DNA of 64,000 bases from Acidimicrobiia bacterium (GTDB lineage Bacteria; Actinomycetota; Acidimicrobiia; Spongiisociales; ZC4RG35), in NCBI GenBank assembly GCA_035462175.1, contig DATHUP010000065.1, positions 64,771-128,770 of the forward strand, in the 5' to 3' direction. The notes below the pieces were generated by a model, which saw only the letters and a list, made by a program, of their open reading frames with translations, was not told the origin of the DNA and did no database searches. Each line of letters opens with the position of its first letter. The first letter of the stretch is position 1. Positions 26,780 through 39,806 of this stretch are shown in pieces. The position numbers and the translations under genes were made by a program.

Positions 26780-27898
26780 ATGGTCGATCCTGGATTCACC
26801 ACCGAGGAGATGACCAGGGTTTTCGCCCCCTCCGCCCGGGTGGAGGCGATGCTCCGATTCGAGGCGGCCTTGGCTCTGGCCCTGGCCGACACCGGCCTCG
26901 CCCCGCCGGATTCAGCAGGGAGGGTGGCCGACGCCTGCTCGTCCCCTGCCTCGGACCCGGATGCGATCCTGGCTGCCACCTGGGTGGAAGGGACCCCGCT
27001 CGACCCTCTCCTCGCCGAGATTCGGGGCCGCGTCTCCGAAGACGACTCCCGGTGGCTCCACCACGGGGCGACCACCCAGGACGTGATCGACACCGCCACT
27101 ATGGTCCAGGCTGCGGAGGGGCTGGGAATACTCGAGTCCGGGCTGGCCGACCTGGCCCGCATACTCGCCCGACTCGTCGCCGATCATCGAGGTCAGCCCC
27201 AGATTGGCCGGACCTTCCTTCAACACGCCCGGCCTTCCACGTTCGGCTTCAGGGCTGCAACCTGGCTCGATCCCGTCCTTCGCCACCTGGGCGAGCTGAG
27301 GGAGGCCCGGGCCGGCCTGGTGGTCCAATTGGGCGGGCCGGTGGGCGACCTGGCTCCCTACGGCGAGAGAGGGATCGAGGTGGTGGAGGCTCTGGCCACC
27401 CGCCTGGGGCTGCGCTCCCCCGGCATCTCCTGGCACAGCGACCGGTCCCGGGTGGCGGCCCTGGTCGCCGTGCTCCAGCGGTGCGCCCGGACCATGGCCA
27501 GAATCGGTGGGGACATCGCCCTGCTCGCCTCCACTGACATCGCCGAGGTCCGGGTCCGATCCGGAGGCTCGTCGAGCATGGCCGGGAAGCGAAACCCGAT
27601 CGACCCCATCAGGGCTGTGGCCGCAGCCGAGGCCTGCACCGGGGCGGCGAGCATGGTCACGGGCGGTCGTTCCCACGAGCTCGACCGGGGAATCGGCGGC
27701 TGGCATGTCGAGTGGCTGGCCATCCCCCTCGTCTTCGAGACGACCGCCTCGGCGGTGGAGGCGATGAACATCTGCCTCGGCTCACTCGAGGTCGCCTCGG
27801 GGCAGATGGAGTCTCGAGCCGGGGACGGCCCCGACCTCGACCCGAGGCTGATCGATCGGGTCCTCGCCGCCTACGAGGCGACGGTCGAGCCGGGATGA
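26780..27898 (+). CDS. pcaB: 3-carboxy-cis,cis-muconate cycloisomerase
   Basis: Fumarase/ASL superfamily pattern (GATTQDVIDTA, GGSSSMAGKRNP) in pca context. Confidence 0.85.
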   Translation: MVDPGFTTEEMTRVFAPSARVEAMLRFEAALALALADTGLAPPDSAGRVADACSSPASDPDAILAATWVEGTPLDPLLAEIRGRVSEDDSRWLHHGATTQDVIDTATMVQAAEGLGILESGLADLARILARLVADHRGQPQIGRTFLQHARPSTFGFRAATWLDPVLRHLGELREARAGLVVQLGGPVGDLAPYGERGIEVVEALATRLGLRSPGISWHSDRSRVAALVAVLQRCARTMARIGGDIALLASTDIAEVRVRSGGSSSMAGKRNPIDPIRAVAAAEACTGAASMVTGGRSHELDRGIGGWHVEWLAIPLVFETTASAVEAMNICLGSLEVASGQMESRAGDGPDLDPRLIDRVLAAYEATVEPG

Positions 27899-28680
27899 CG
27901 GCCCATGAGGGAAGAACCGGGACTCTCGACTGGTCCGACGCTGGTGGTGGTCCGGGCCGGCCCCTGGTCATGGTCCATGCCCTGGGCGCGAATCGAGACC
28001 TCTGGGCGCAGCAGGTTCCGATCCTGTCATCGAAAAGACGTGTGGTTCTGCTCGATCTCCCCGGGCACGGCGCTTCGCTGGCGGCGCCCAGTCACTACAC
28101 CGTCGCAGAGCTGGGGCTCGACGTCCTCGACGTCGCCACCGCGGCAGGCGTGGGTGAGTTCGACCTGTGCGGCATCTCGTTGGGTGCTCTCGTCGCACTC
28201 TGGATGGGGATCAACGCTCCGGATCGGGTGCAGGCCCTGGTCGTCTCCAACACCGGGGCCCGAGTGGGAAGCGAGGAGCTCTGGGCGGCGCGGATCGAGG
28301 CGGTCGAGGCCGGAGGCATGGAAGCGGTGAGGGAGGCCGCAGTGGACAGGTTCTTCTCCCCGGACCACGCCTCGGCCAACCCTGGGATGGTCGCCGAGGC
28401 AACGAGGGTCCTCCTCTCCGTCGACCCGGTTGGTTATATCGGCTGTTGTGCCGCCCTCAAGGATGCCGACCTGCGTGAGTCGGTGGGCGTCATCCGCTCC
28501 CCCACCCTCGTCATCGGGGGGGACCGGGACATAGCGACCCCGCCGGGAGAGTCGGTCTGGCTCCACGACCACATCCCGGAGAGCGATCTCCTGATCCTCG
28601 AGTCCGCGGCCCACTTCTCCAACCTGGAACGACCCGACGATTGGACCGCCGAGGTGTCAGGGTTTCTAGAAGGGCGCTGA
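27895..28680 (+). CDS. pcaD: 3-oxoadipate enol-lactonase (alpha/beta hydrolase)
   Basis: LVMVHALGANRDLW...DLCGISLGALVAL (nucleophile elbow GxSxG)...SAAHFSNLE. ATG 27895 overlaps the pcaB stop as ATGA. Confidence 0.85.
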   Translation: MTAHEGRTGTLDWSDAGGGPGRPLVMVHALGANRDLWAQQVPILSSKRRVVLLDLPGHGASLAAPSHYTVAELGLDVLDVATAAGVGEFDLCGISLGALVALWMGINAPDRVQALVVSNTGARVGSEELWAARIEAVEAGGMEAVREAAVDRFFSPDHASANPGMVAEATRVLLSVDPVGYIGCCAALKDADLRESVGVIRSPTLVIGGDRDIATPPGESVWLHDHIPESDLLILESAAHFSNLERPDDWTAEVSGFLEGR

Positions 28681-28684
28681 TCGC

Positions 28685-29473
28685 CTAACCGGCGTGTGCC
28701 TGCCGGGTGCGTTCCTTGAGATCGCGCAGGATGACCAGCTCCTCGGTCGTGGGCGGCTCGGTGACTTCGACCGCTTCGGCGACCCGGAGCTCCCATCCGG
28801 TCTGAGCGCGCACGGTCTCGACATCGACTCCCGGGTGGGTGGCCACAAGGGTCAGCTCATGGGTGGAGGTATCGGGTTTGAGCACACCCTGGTCGGTGAT
28901 TACCAGAGTGGGCCCCGCCCCCTGACTCCCCGATCGACCTTCACCATGCCGGCCGAAGCCCAGCGTGGTGACAAAGTCGACCACCGGCACGAAAGAGCGC
29001 GGAGTCTGCCGCAACATCACGATCACCTCGCCCGCATTCGCCGCGATCTCGGGCGCGCCCCCGGCGCCGGGTAGACGGACATCGGGCCGGTCGTAGGGCC
29101 CGATCACGGTGCTGTTGAGATTGCCGTACCGGTCGATTTGGGCCGCGGAGAGAAAGCCGACGTCGATACGCCCCGCTTGGAGCCAGTAGGCAAAGATCTC
29201 GGGGACTCCCACCACGAGGTCGGCCGTCTCCGCCAGCTCACCGTCGCCTATCGACAGGGGGAGGATGTCGGGCCTGGTGCCAATCGTGCCCGACTCGTAG
29301 ATCAAAACCACCTGAGGCGCATGGGAGAGACGAGCCAGGTTGGCGGCCTCCGAGGGAAGCCCGATGCCGACGAAACACACCTGGCCGTCCTTCAAGCTCC
29401 TGGCCGCGGTCACGGTCATCATCTCGTCCGACGTGTACACGGCCGACCGGGCCGCTTCCTCACCCACCGCCAC
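28685..29473 (-). CDS. pcaJ: 3-oxoadipate CoA-transferase subunit B (CoA-transferase family I beta)
   Basis: VCFVGIGLPSEAANLA...LIYESGTIG...SAAQIDRYGNLNSTVIG. GTG 29473 chosen. Assignment as pcaJ is by context. Confidence 0.8.
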   Translation of the reverse strand: MAVGEEAARSAVYTSDEMMTVTAARSLKDGQVCFVGIGLPSEAANLARLSHAPQVVLIYESGTIGTRPDILPLSIGDGELAETADLVVGVPEIFAYWLQAGRIDVGFLSAAQIDRYGNLNSTVIGPYDRPDVRLPGAGGAPEIAANAGEVIVMLRQTPRSFVPVVDFVTTLGFGRHGEGRSGSQGAGPTLVITDQGVLKPDTSTHELTLVATHPGVDVETVRAQTGWELRVAEAVEVTEPPTTEELVILRDLKERTRQAHAG

Positions 29474-30311
29474 CCCCGAGCATTTCGAGGTAGGCGGCAT
29501 GGTCCTCGGCTCCCAACACGAAGTCCTCCATCCAACGGGCGAAGCTCTCGCGGTCCCGGGAGATCGCGTCCCACCCGGTGTAGAAGGCATTGTCCCGGGT
29601 CGAGAAGCCCATCGCATAGGACGGGTGCGACCCGTCTGGGACCGGGGCGATCGCGGTGACGGTCCACGCCGGCAGCACCACGTGATTGGGCCCGGACGCC
29701 GACAGCTCGTCCACGACCTCCTCCACGGTGACGATCGCAGACTTGGCCGCGAGGACCGCCTCGCGCTGCACTCCGGTGATCCCCCACATCCCGACGTTTC
29801 CCCGTCGATCCGCCTGTTGGGCATGGATCACCGTCACATCGGGGTTGAGAGCCGGGACCGCCGCCAGCTCTTCGCCGGTGAAGGGACAGTGGATCGACGC
29901 CACCCTGGTGTGATCGCCGAGGTCGGTGCCGGCGTAACCCCGCAGCACGGCAAAGGGGAGCCCGGAGGCACCCGCCGCATACCGTGCCGCCATCCCGGCG
30001 TGGCTGTGCTCCTCGATCTCGAGGGGATGGGGCAAGTCGTGCTCGACTGCATCCCGGAACCTGTGCAGCGAGCCGACCCCCGGGTTCCCACCCCAGGAGA
30101 AGATCAGCTTCCGGGCGCATCCCATCCCGATCAATTGGTCATAGATGACATCAGGAGTCATCCGGGACAGGGTCAGGTCCTTCTTGCGTTGGCGGATCAG
30201 CTCGTGGCCGGCGGCAAACGGGATCAGGTGGGTGAAACCCTCCATCGCGATGGTGGCGCCGTCGGGAACGAGATCTCCGATGGCGTCACGGAGCGAAACG
30301 AACTCAGCCAC
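29460..30311 (-). CDS. pcaI: 3-oxoadipate CoA-transferase subunit A (CoA-transferase family I alpha)
   Basis: LRDAIGDLVPDGATIAMEGFTHLIPFAAGHELIRQ...IHAQQADRRGNV. Assignment as pcaI is by context. Confidence 0.8.
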   Translation of the reverse strand: MAEFVSLRDAIGDLVPDGATIAMEGFTHLIPFAAGHELIRQRKKDLTLSRMTPDVIYDQLIGMGCARKLIFSWGGNPGVGSLHRFRDAVEHDLPHPLEIEEHSHAGMAARYAAGASGLPFAVLRGYAGTDLGDHTRVASIHCPFTGEELAAVPALNPDVTVIHAQQADRRGNVGMWGITGVQREAVLAAKSAIVTVEEVVDELSASGPNHVVLPAWTVTAIAPVPDGSHPSYAMGFSTRDNAFYTGWDAISRDRESFARWMEDFVLGAEDHAAYLEMLGGGGG

Positions 30312-30406
30312 CTGTCACTTCCCTGTCACGCCGAGCAGACAACCAGCTCACCCTACCGCCTCTGTCGTCTGCCACAGCCAGCCGGGCGAGCCATTAACTT
30401 GCCGCC

Positions 30407-30844
30407 GTGCCCGACCAGAGATACCAGCACAGCGCGACCACGCCGGCCGCCATCCACGAGGTGTGGCAGGCGCTCGAATTGCCCACCACATGGGAGGCGA
30501 TCCCGGGGGTGGACAGGGTGGTGGACCCGGTGATCGACGAATCGGGAAGTCTCCTCGGCTTCTCCTTCGAGAGTGCCGTGGGAGGGCGGAGGTACAACGG
30601 CACCGCCACCCCGGCAGGTCGGGAGGTGGGGAAGATGATCGGGTGGCACATCAGCACCTCCGAGATCCAAGGACGGATATCCGTCGGGTTGGCCCCCGAG
30701 GGTGAAGTGACCAGGGTCGACGTGAGCCTCGAGGTCGAGGGCATCGGAATACTGGGCTCGCTCTTCTTCCCGGTCATCGCCTCGGCCATCGGCGGCGGGT
30801 TCACCGAAACCGTGGAGGAGTTCGTCGGCGGCCTAAGGCCCTGA
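30407..30844 (+). CDS. SRPBCC-superfamily protein (CoxG/polyketide-cyclase-like)
   Basis: 145 aa with an SRPBCC-like beta-rich pattern (IHEVWQALELPTTWEAIPGV...) and a C-terminal hydrophobic helix. GTG start. Confidence 0.65.
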   Translation: MPDQRYQHSATTPAAIHEVWQALELPTTWEAIPGVDRVVDPVIDESGSLLGFSFESAVGGRRYNGTATPAGREVGKMIGWHISTSEIQGRISVGLAPEGEVTRVDVSLEVEGIGILGSLFFPVIASAIGGGFTETVEEFVGGLRP

Positions 30845-31165
30845 CTCCTCCTCGAGGGAGGCAAGCTCCTCGGCCACCTGTCTCGCCTCCTCGCGGCCCC
30901 CGGTTGCGATCTGGGCCCGATCGGTGATGAGGGTCACCTGGTTGTCGAGGACCTGGATGAAACCGCCATGGACCCCGATCGTGGTCCGGGTCCCGTCCTC
31001 GGCCTCGACCAGCACCACGCCCGTGACGAGGGCGCCCATGAGCGGCTCGTGATTGGCCATGATCCCCACCTCCCCGTCCGGGGTCTTGGCCAGCACGAAC
31101 GTGGCTTCCCCGCTCCAAACCGTAGCCTCGGGGGAGACGACGTCCACCTGGAAGGTGGCGGCCAT
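30833..31165 (-). CDS. atpC: F1 ATP synthase epsilon subunit
   Basis: FQVDVVSPEATVWSGEATFVLAKTPDGEVGIMANHEPLMGAL. Last gene of the atp operon. Confidence 0.9.
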   Translation of the reverse strand: MAATFQVDVVSPEATVWSGEATFVLAKTPDGEVGIMANHEPLMGALVTGVVLVEAEDGTRTTIGVHGGFIQVLDNQVTLITDRAQIATGGREEARQVAEELASLEEESGP

Positions 31166-31179
31166 GACTCAGCGGCGGC

Positions 31180-32646
<1,467 letters not shown>

Positions 32647-33531
32647 TCATGTCCGCCCCTCGGCGAGCGCTTCGGCCCCGCCCACTATCTCGGCGATGGC
32701 AGTGGTGATCTCGGCCTGGCGGGCCCGGTTGGCCTGGACCCGGAGCACCCGGATCAGCTCCTCGGCGTTGTCAGTGGCCGCCTTCATCGCCCTGCGCCGG
32801 GCGCTGTGCTCGGAGGCGGAGGCCTCGAGCAGGATGTTGAAGATGGTGGCCTCCACGTAACGGGGGAGGAGGCGGTCGAGGATCTCCTCGGGTGATGGCT
32901 CGTACTCGTAGGAGACCTGATGCTCTCGCTCCGTCTCAGCGGTCTCTGGCGGGGTGATCGGGAGCAGGTCGAGACGGGCGGGCACCTGGGTCATGGCCGA
33001 CTGGAACCTGGTGAAGAACACCTCGACCGCATCGATCTGCCCCGTGGCGAAGGCGGCGAGGGCGGTGTTGGCGATGGCGCGGGCGTCGCCATACCCGGGG
33101 GTGTCGGTTACACCCACGTAGGCGCCTTCGATCCGGTAGCCCCGATAGCGGAAATAGCCCTGCGCCTTCTTGCCCACCGCGTAGAGGACGACGTTCTTGC
33201 CTTCCCGATCGAGCTCGCGGATCCGGGCCTCCGCGAGCCGGATGATGTTGGAGGCATAGGAACCGGCCAGGCCGCGGTCGGAGGAGACGATGAGAAGACC
33301 GACCGTCCGGATGTCACGTTGCTCGAGCAGGCGGTGCGACGACCGGCCGGCAGCCCCCACGTTCTCGATCACCTCGATCAGCTTGGCGGTGTACGGCTTG
33401 GAGCCGTGCACCCGTGCTTGTGCCTTGGGTATGCGGCTGGCTGCGATCAGCTCCATGGCGCGCGTGATCTTCTTGATCGCATCGACCGATCCGATCCGTC
33501 GCCTGGTATCGCGGAGCTGGGCGGAGGCCAT
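32647..33531 (-). CDS. atpG: F1 ATP synthase gamma subunit
   Basis: MASAQLRDTRRRIGSVDAIKKITRAMELIAASR...ITTAIAEIVGGAEAL. Confidence 0.93.
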   Translation of the reverse strand: MASAQLRDTRRRIGSVDAIKKITRAMELIAASRIPKAQARVHGSKPYTAKLIEVIENVGAAGRSSHRLLEQRDIRTVGLLIVSSDRGLAGSYASNIIRLAEARIRELDREGKNVVLYAVGKKAQGYFRYRGYRIEGAYVGVTDTPGYGDARAIANTALAAFATGQIDAVEVFFTRFQSAMTQVPARLDLLPITPPETAETEREHQVSYEYEPSPEEILDRLLPRYVEATIFNILLEASASEHSARRRAMKAATDNAEELIRVLRVQANRARQAEITTAIAEIVGGAEALAEGRT

Positions 33532-33540
33532 GCCTGCCTG

Positions 33541-35082
<1,542 letters not shown>

Positions 35083-35089
35083 TGCTCTC

Positions 35090-35623
35090 CTAGCGGCTCA
35101 GCACGGTGTGACGAAGTTCTTCCATCGAGTGGGCCAGCGATCCGTCGATCACCACGTCGCCGATCCGGGCGACGATCCCCCCGATCACCGACTCGTCGAC
35201 GATGACCTTGACCTCGACCTGTCGACCGGTGGCCTTGCCCAGGGCGGCAGCCAGGCGCTCCACGGTTGCGTCGTCGAGCGGGACGGCGCTGCGCACTTCG
35301 GCCATGGCGTGGGATCGCGACTCGACGGCGCGCTCCACGAACGATGACGCGATGGAGGGAAGTTCCGAGGCACGGCCGAGACCGACGATGAACTGAACCA
35401 GCCCGACGCTCAGGTTTGAAGCCCGGCCCCCGATCAGCTCGTCTATCACGGCGCGCTTGCGATCCAAGGGGAGCTCGGGGTCGGTGAGCGCCGATCGGAG
35501 CTCTTCGGACTTCTCCAGGGCCTGGCCGATGGCGAGAAACTCGGTCTCGACGCGCTCGAGCTCACCCTCCGCCTCGGCGAGGGCGAGGATGGCGTCGGCG
35601 TAGCTCGAGACCCGGTCGCTCAT
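35090..35623 (-). CDS. atpH: F1 ATP synthase delta (OSCP) subunit
   Basis: 177 aa with an OSCP-like pattern. Position between atpF and atpA. Confidence 0.85.
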   Translation of the reverse strand: MSDRVSSYADAILALAEAEGELERVETEFLAIGQALEKSEELRSALTDPELPLDRKRAVIDELIGGRASNLSVGLVQFIVGLGRASELPSIASSFVERAVESRSHAMAEVRSAVPLDDATVERLAAALGKATGRQVEVKVIVDESVIGGIVARIGDVVIDGSLAHSMEELRHTVLSR

Positions 35624-36178
35624 CTAGAGGGACTCCAACTCGGTCAGATAGCGCTCGATCAGGTCCTTCTGGATCTTGTCGTCGAGGGACCCGCCCACGA
35701 TCTTCTCGGCCAGGCTCACAGAGATCTCACCCACTTCGCGTCGGGCATCGGCGAGAGCGCGCCCCTTCTCGGTTTGCGCCTCCTCGCGGGCCTTCGACAG
35801 CGTGGCGGCCGCCTCCTCCTCGGCCCGGGCCACGATGTCTGCCTTGAGCTGCTCCCCGGCAACACGGGCCTCCTCGATGATCCGGTTGGCCTCGTTCTTT
35901 GCTTCGGCGAGCTGGCCGCGGTAATCGGCGAGCAGACTCTCTGCCTCCCGTTTCGCCTCCTCGGCCTCGGTGAGCTGCCCGGTGATCGCCTGCTGCCGGG
36001 CCTCGAGTGTGCGGTTGATCATCGGCATTGCCCGACGCCCCACGAACCAGAAGACGATCAGGAAGGCGATGATCCCGGCGATCAGCTCCGATGTGGGGGG
36101 CACGATCAGGCTGAGACCGCCACCCGTCTCTCCCCCTTCCTCGGCGGCCAGGACGGCCAGGGCTGTCAGTAGCTGCAT
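35624..36178 (-). CDS. atpF: Fo ATP synthase subunit b
   Basis: Single N-terminal TM helix followed by a long charged A/E/R-rich helix. Operon position. Confidence 0.85.
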   Translation of the reverse strand: MQLLTALAVLAAEEGGETGGGLSLIVPPTSELIAGIIAFLIVFWFVGRRAMPMINRTLEARQQAITGQLTEAEEAKREAESLLADYRGQLAEAKNEANRIIEEARVAGEQLKADIVARAEEEAAATLSKAREEAQTEKGRALADARREVGEISVSLAEKIVGGSLDDKIQKDLIERYLTELESL

Positions 36179-36190
36179 TCCGGTCTCCTA

Positions 36191-36433
<243 letters not shown>

Positions 36434-37246
36434 TTAGTGCTCGAAGTGGATGGACGATTCAATGTAGATCGCGGTCAACAAGGTGAAGATGTACGCCTGG
36501 AGCACGCCAATCAGGATCTCCAAGAGGAACATGAACAGGCCCAGGCCGAACCAGAAGACGCCGATGGAGCCTTTGAGCCCGATCTCCGGGATGGCGGCGA
36601 TGAAGATCACCCCCGAGGTCAGGAGCAAGGTCAGCATCAGGTGCCCGGCCACCATGTTGGCGAATAGTCGGACTGCCAGCGTGATCGGCCTCAGGATGAA
36701 GACCGAGAACACCTCGATCAGCCCCACCAGCCACCTGAGTCCGATCGGGACCGTCTTGGGCCAGGCGGTGTCGATCAGAAAGCGGAAGTTGTTCTTGGCA
36801 AAGCCGACGAACATGAAGATGACGTAGGTGACCAAGGCGAGAAAGGCGGGTATCGCCATCCGCGACGTGACCGGGAAGTTGATCAGCGGAGTGATCTCGA
36901 AGAGGTTTCCCACCAGGAGGAAGAAGAACATCGCCATCAGGTAGGGCACGTACCTGGTCCCCTCGGGACCGATCACGTCCCGGGCGATGCCGTCCCTGAC
37001 AAAGCCCACCAACCCCTCCACCGCGGCGCCGAACTTGGTGGGGACCAGTCTCTGCCCGCGCAAGCCGAAGTAGAGGATGGCCATCGCCACGAACGCGGCG
37101 AGCAGCATCAGGATGTGGGTCCGGCTGAACTCGAGCCCACCGATGGTGAAGATGGCGGGGAACTCGAACAGCTCGTTGACGTTCGCCGGGGCGCAGATCA
37201 CCTCGTTGGCGACGTCACATTCGGTGGCGAGGATCATCTGCGCCAA
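36434..37246 (-). CDS. atpB: Fo ATP synthase subunit a
   Basis: LAVRLFANMVAGHLML contains the conserved Arg. Polytopic. Confidence 0.9.
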   Translation of the reverse strand: MAQMILATECDVANEVICAPANVNELFEFPAIFTIGGLEFSRTHILMLLAAFVAMAILYFGLRGQRLVPTKFGAAVEGLVGFVRDGIARDVIGPEGTRYVPYLMAMFFFLLVGNLFEITPLINFPVTSRMAIPAFLALVTYVIFMFVGFAKNNFRFLIDTAWPKTVPIGLRWLVGLIEVFSVFILRPITLAVRLFANMVAGHLMLTLLLTSGVIFIAAIPEIGLKGSIGVFWFGLGLFMFLLEILIGVLQAYIFTLLTAIYIESSIHFEH

Positions 37247-37647
37247 CTCAGCACCCTTTCTCTATTCCTGGAGATCGAGACCGCCTCCCACGTCAGGAGT
37301 GCGAAGTAGGCGATCACCGCCGCTACCCCGAAGGCCACCCGGTCCACGTCGACCAAGCTGGCGATGAGATAGACCGCGCCCACGAACAGCACGAGACGAA
37401 GGATGAAGCCGATCAGAGCGGCGGCATGATAAGCCTGGAGGCTGATCCTTGCCGAAATCGAGAGGATGAAGCCGGCGAGCAGGAAGTTGGCGAGGACCAC
37501 CACGACGCCGAGAGCGGCGCTCCAAGCCCCATCCCACCCACGGAGGAGCCCAAAGGCAAGGACCAGAAGCGGAGCGACATAGATTGCCCGTGCCGCGGTG
37601 TCTCGGGCGAGATAGGCCTCGACGGGAGGGCCGTGCTCAAGACTCAC
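37234..37647 (-). CDS. ATP synthase protein I-like membrane protein
   Basis: Four hydrophobic helices directly upstream of atpB. GTG 37647 chosen. The P/S/G/R-rich ORF-track N-terminus overlaps the atpZ gene and is rejected. Confidence 0.55.
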   Translation of the reverse strand: MSLEHGPPVEAYLARDTAARAIYVAPLLVLAFGLLRGWDGAWSAALGVVVVLANFLLAGFILSISARISLQAYHAAALIGFILRLVLFVGAVYLIASLVDVDRVAFGVAAVIAYFALLTWEAVSISRNRERVLSWRR

Positions 37648-37873
37648 GATCGGCCTCCCCGATCGTCTTGATGTAACTCCACACCTGGACGAACCCCGAA
37701 TAGATGCCGAGCAAGCTGCCGATGACAACGAGCCAGGGTTCGGTTCCCAGCCAGCGGTCGGCGAGGAACCCGAGCAGGGCGCCGGAGAGGATGGAACCGG
37801 CAAAGGCCCCGGATCGACCCCACCCTTCGTAAATGGCGCGGCCGACCTGCTGGTGCGGTGTCTCGTACTTCAT
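37637..37873 (-). CDS. AtpZ/AtpI-family small membrane protein
   Basis: GAFAGSILSGALLGFLADRWLGTEPWLVVIGSLLGIYSG is the typical AtpZ pattern. First gene of the atp operon. Confidence 0.7.
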   Translation of the reverse strand: MKYETPHQQVGRAIYEGWGRSGAFAGSILSGALLGFLADRWLGTEPWLVVIGSLLGIYSGFVQVWSYIKTIGEADRES

Positions 37874-37905
37874 CGCATCTTGGTCTGGTGACTGGATCCC
37901 AAGCT

Positions 37906-37921
37906 TGTGAATCTATTCACA
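37906..37921. promoter_or_regulatory. perfect CRP/GlxR-type site TGTGA-ATCTAT-TCACA upstream of the atp operon
   Basis: Read directly. It lies in the 87-bp glyA-atpZ spacer, centred about 40 nt upstream of the atpZ ATG. Confidence 0.5.
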
Positions 37922-37960
37922 AAGGGTAGGAGCCGACCCGTAGCCGGCCAAATCGCGAAC

Positions 37961-39232
37961 CTACACATGTCCGGAGAAGTCCTCAGGGTAGGGCGGAAAC
38001 GCTGCGGCCAGCTCGGCGACGCGTCCTCTCACGGCGTCGAGCACGGATTCCTGGTCCCGGTTCTGCAGGGCACGAGCGATCAGCCCGGCCACCTCCGAGG
38101 CCTCGGCCTCGGTCATCCCCTGGGTGGTCATGGCCGGAGTGCCGATCCTCAGCCCGGAGGCTCGGAACGGGGGGCGAGGATCGTTGGGGATCGTGTTGAA
38201 GTTGAGTGTGATCCCCACCTCGTCGAGGAGCCGTGCCGCCTGTTTCCCGTCGAGGTCTTCGTCGACGGACCGCAGGTCGACCAGGAAGAGATGGTTGTCG
38301 GTGCCACCGGAGACCACCCGGACCCCCGCCTCCTGGATGGCGGCCGCCATCGCCCTTGCGTTTGCCACGATCTGCTCGGTATAGACATGGAACGCGGGTT
38401 GCATCGCCTCTTGGAAGGAGACGGCCTTGGCCGCGATCTGGGACTCGATCGGCCCCCCCTGGGCGTTGGGGAAGATGGCCTTGTCGACGTCCTTGGCGTA
38501 CTCGCTGGTGCTGAGGATGAGCCCACCCCTGGGTCCGCGCAGCGCCTTATGGGTGGTGCCGGTCACGATGTCGGCGTGAGGCACCGGCGAAGGGTAGGAG
38601 CCGCCGGCCACCAGACCGATGAAATGGGCGGCATCGACCATCAAGATGGCGCCGATCTCGTCCGCGATCGACCTGAAGCCCTCGTAGTCGAGAGTCCGGG
38701 AGTAGGCCGAGTAGCCGGCGAGCACGATCCTCGGCTTGTGCTCCAGAGCCAGCTCTCGCACCTGGCCCATGTCGATGAGCTCGGTCTCGGGGTCCACCCC
38801 ATAGGCGAGGAAGTCGTAGTAGAGACCCGAGAAGTTGACCGGGGAGCCGTGGGTGAGGTGGCCTCCCTGGTCGAGACGCATCCCGAGCACCCGGTCGCCG
38901 GGCTCGAGGATCGAGAAGTACACCCCCATGTTGGCCTGGGCCCCTGAGTGGGCCTGCACGTTGGCATGCTCGGCCCCGAACAGCTGCTTGGCCCGGTCGA
39001 TGGCGAGCTGTTCCATCTCGTCCACCACCGCACAGCCCTCGTAATAGCGCCGACCCGGGTAACCCTCGGCATATTTGTTGGTGAAGACCGAGCCGGAAGC
39101 CGCCATCACCGCCGGCGAGGCGAAGTTCTCCGAGGCGATGAGGTGGATGTGGGTGTTCTGCCGCACCAGGTCCTTGCGGATCAGATCGGCTATCGCCGGG
39201 TCGACCTGCTCCAGGGGGTCCATCGAGATCAT
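37961..39232 (-). CDS. glyA: serine hydroxymethyltransferase
   Basis: [15 protein letters not shown]...[11 protein letters not shown]...[14 protein letters not shown] with the PLP Lys context. Confidence 0.95.
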   Translation of the reverse strand: MISMDPLEQVDPAIADLIRKDLVRQNTHIHLIASENFASPAVMAASGSVFTNKYAEGYPGRRYYEGCAVVDEMEQLAIDRAKQLFGAEHANVQAHSGAQANMGVYFSILEPGDRVLGMRLDQGGHLTHGSPVNFSGLYYDFLAYGVDPETELIDMGQVRELALEHKPRIVLAGYSAYSRTLDYEGFRSIADEIGAILMVDAAHFIGLVAGGSYPSPVPHADIVTGTTHKALRGPRGGLILSTSEYAKDVDKAIFPNAQGGPIESQIAAKAVSFQEAMQPAFHVYTEQIVANARAMAAAIQEAGVRVVSGGTDNHLFLVDLRSVDEDLDGKQAARLLDEVGITLNFNTIPNDPRPPFRASGLRIGTPAMTTQGMTEAEASEVAGLIARALQNRDQESVLDAVRGRVAELAAAFPPYPEDFSGHV

Positions 39233-39245
39233 GTCCCGAGGGTAA

Positions 39246-39806
39246 CTAGACCCGGACCGGCCCCTGACGCAGGACGACTATTTCGCTCCCGGTGACGTCG
39301 ACCACGGTCGAGGACTGGCCCCCCGTCGACCGGCCCTCGACGTACACCGACACCCGGTCTCCGAAGAGAGCCCTCGCCTCATCGTGGCTCAACGACTCCT
39401 CACCGCCGCTCACGTTGGCCGAAGTCACGGCCAGGGGCCCCACCGCGGCCAGGAGCTCCAGGGTCACGGGGTGATCGGGCACGCGCAGCCCCACGGTTTG
39501 TCGTTGCGCGTCGCCAACCCAGTCGGCGAGTACCACCGTCGGGGTCACCACGAGGGTGAGGGCGCCCGGCCAGTGCGCGGCAGCGAGGTCGGCGGCGACA
39601 CCGCGGATGTCGCCGATGACCTCGGCCTGCTCGGAGGAGGCGACCAGCAGGCCGACCGGTCTGTGCTCAGGCCGGCCCTTGAGCTCGAACAACTGAGCCA
39701 CCGCCTGCTCGCTCATCGGATCGGCGCCGATCCCGTAGACGGTGTCGGTGGGGAGACCGATCACCTCGCCACGTCGTACGGCCGCCACGGCATCCTCGAT
39801 GGTCAC
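39246..39806 (-). CDS. tsaC: L-threonylcarbamoyladenylate synthase (TsaC/YwlC, Sua5 domain)
   Basis: [18 protein letters not shown]...[17 protein letters not shown]...LAVTSAN. Confidence 0.85.
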   Translation of the reverse strand: MTIEDAVAAVRRGEVIGLPTDTVYGIGADPMSEQAVAQLFELKGRPEHRPVGLLVASSEQAEVIGDIRGVAADLAAAHWPGALTLVVTPTVVLADWVGDAQRQTVGLRVPDHPVTLELLAAVGPLAVTSANVSGGEESLSHDEARALFGDRVSVYVEGRSTGGQSSTVVDVTGSEIVVLRQGPVRV

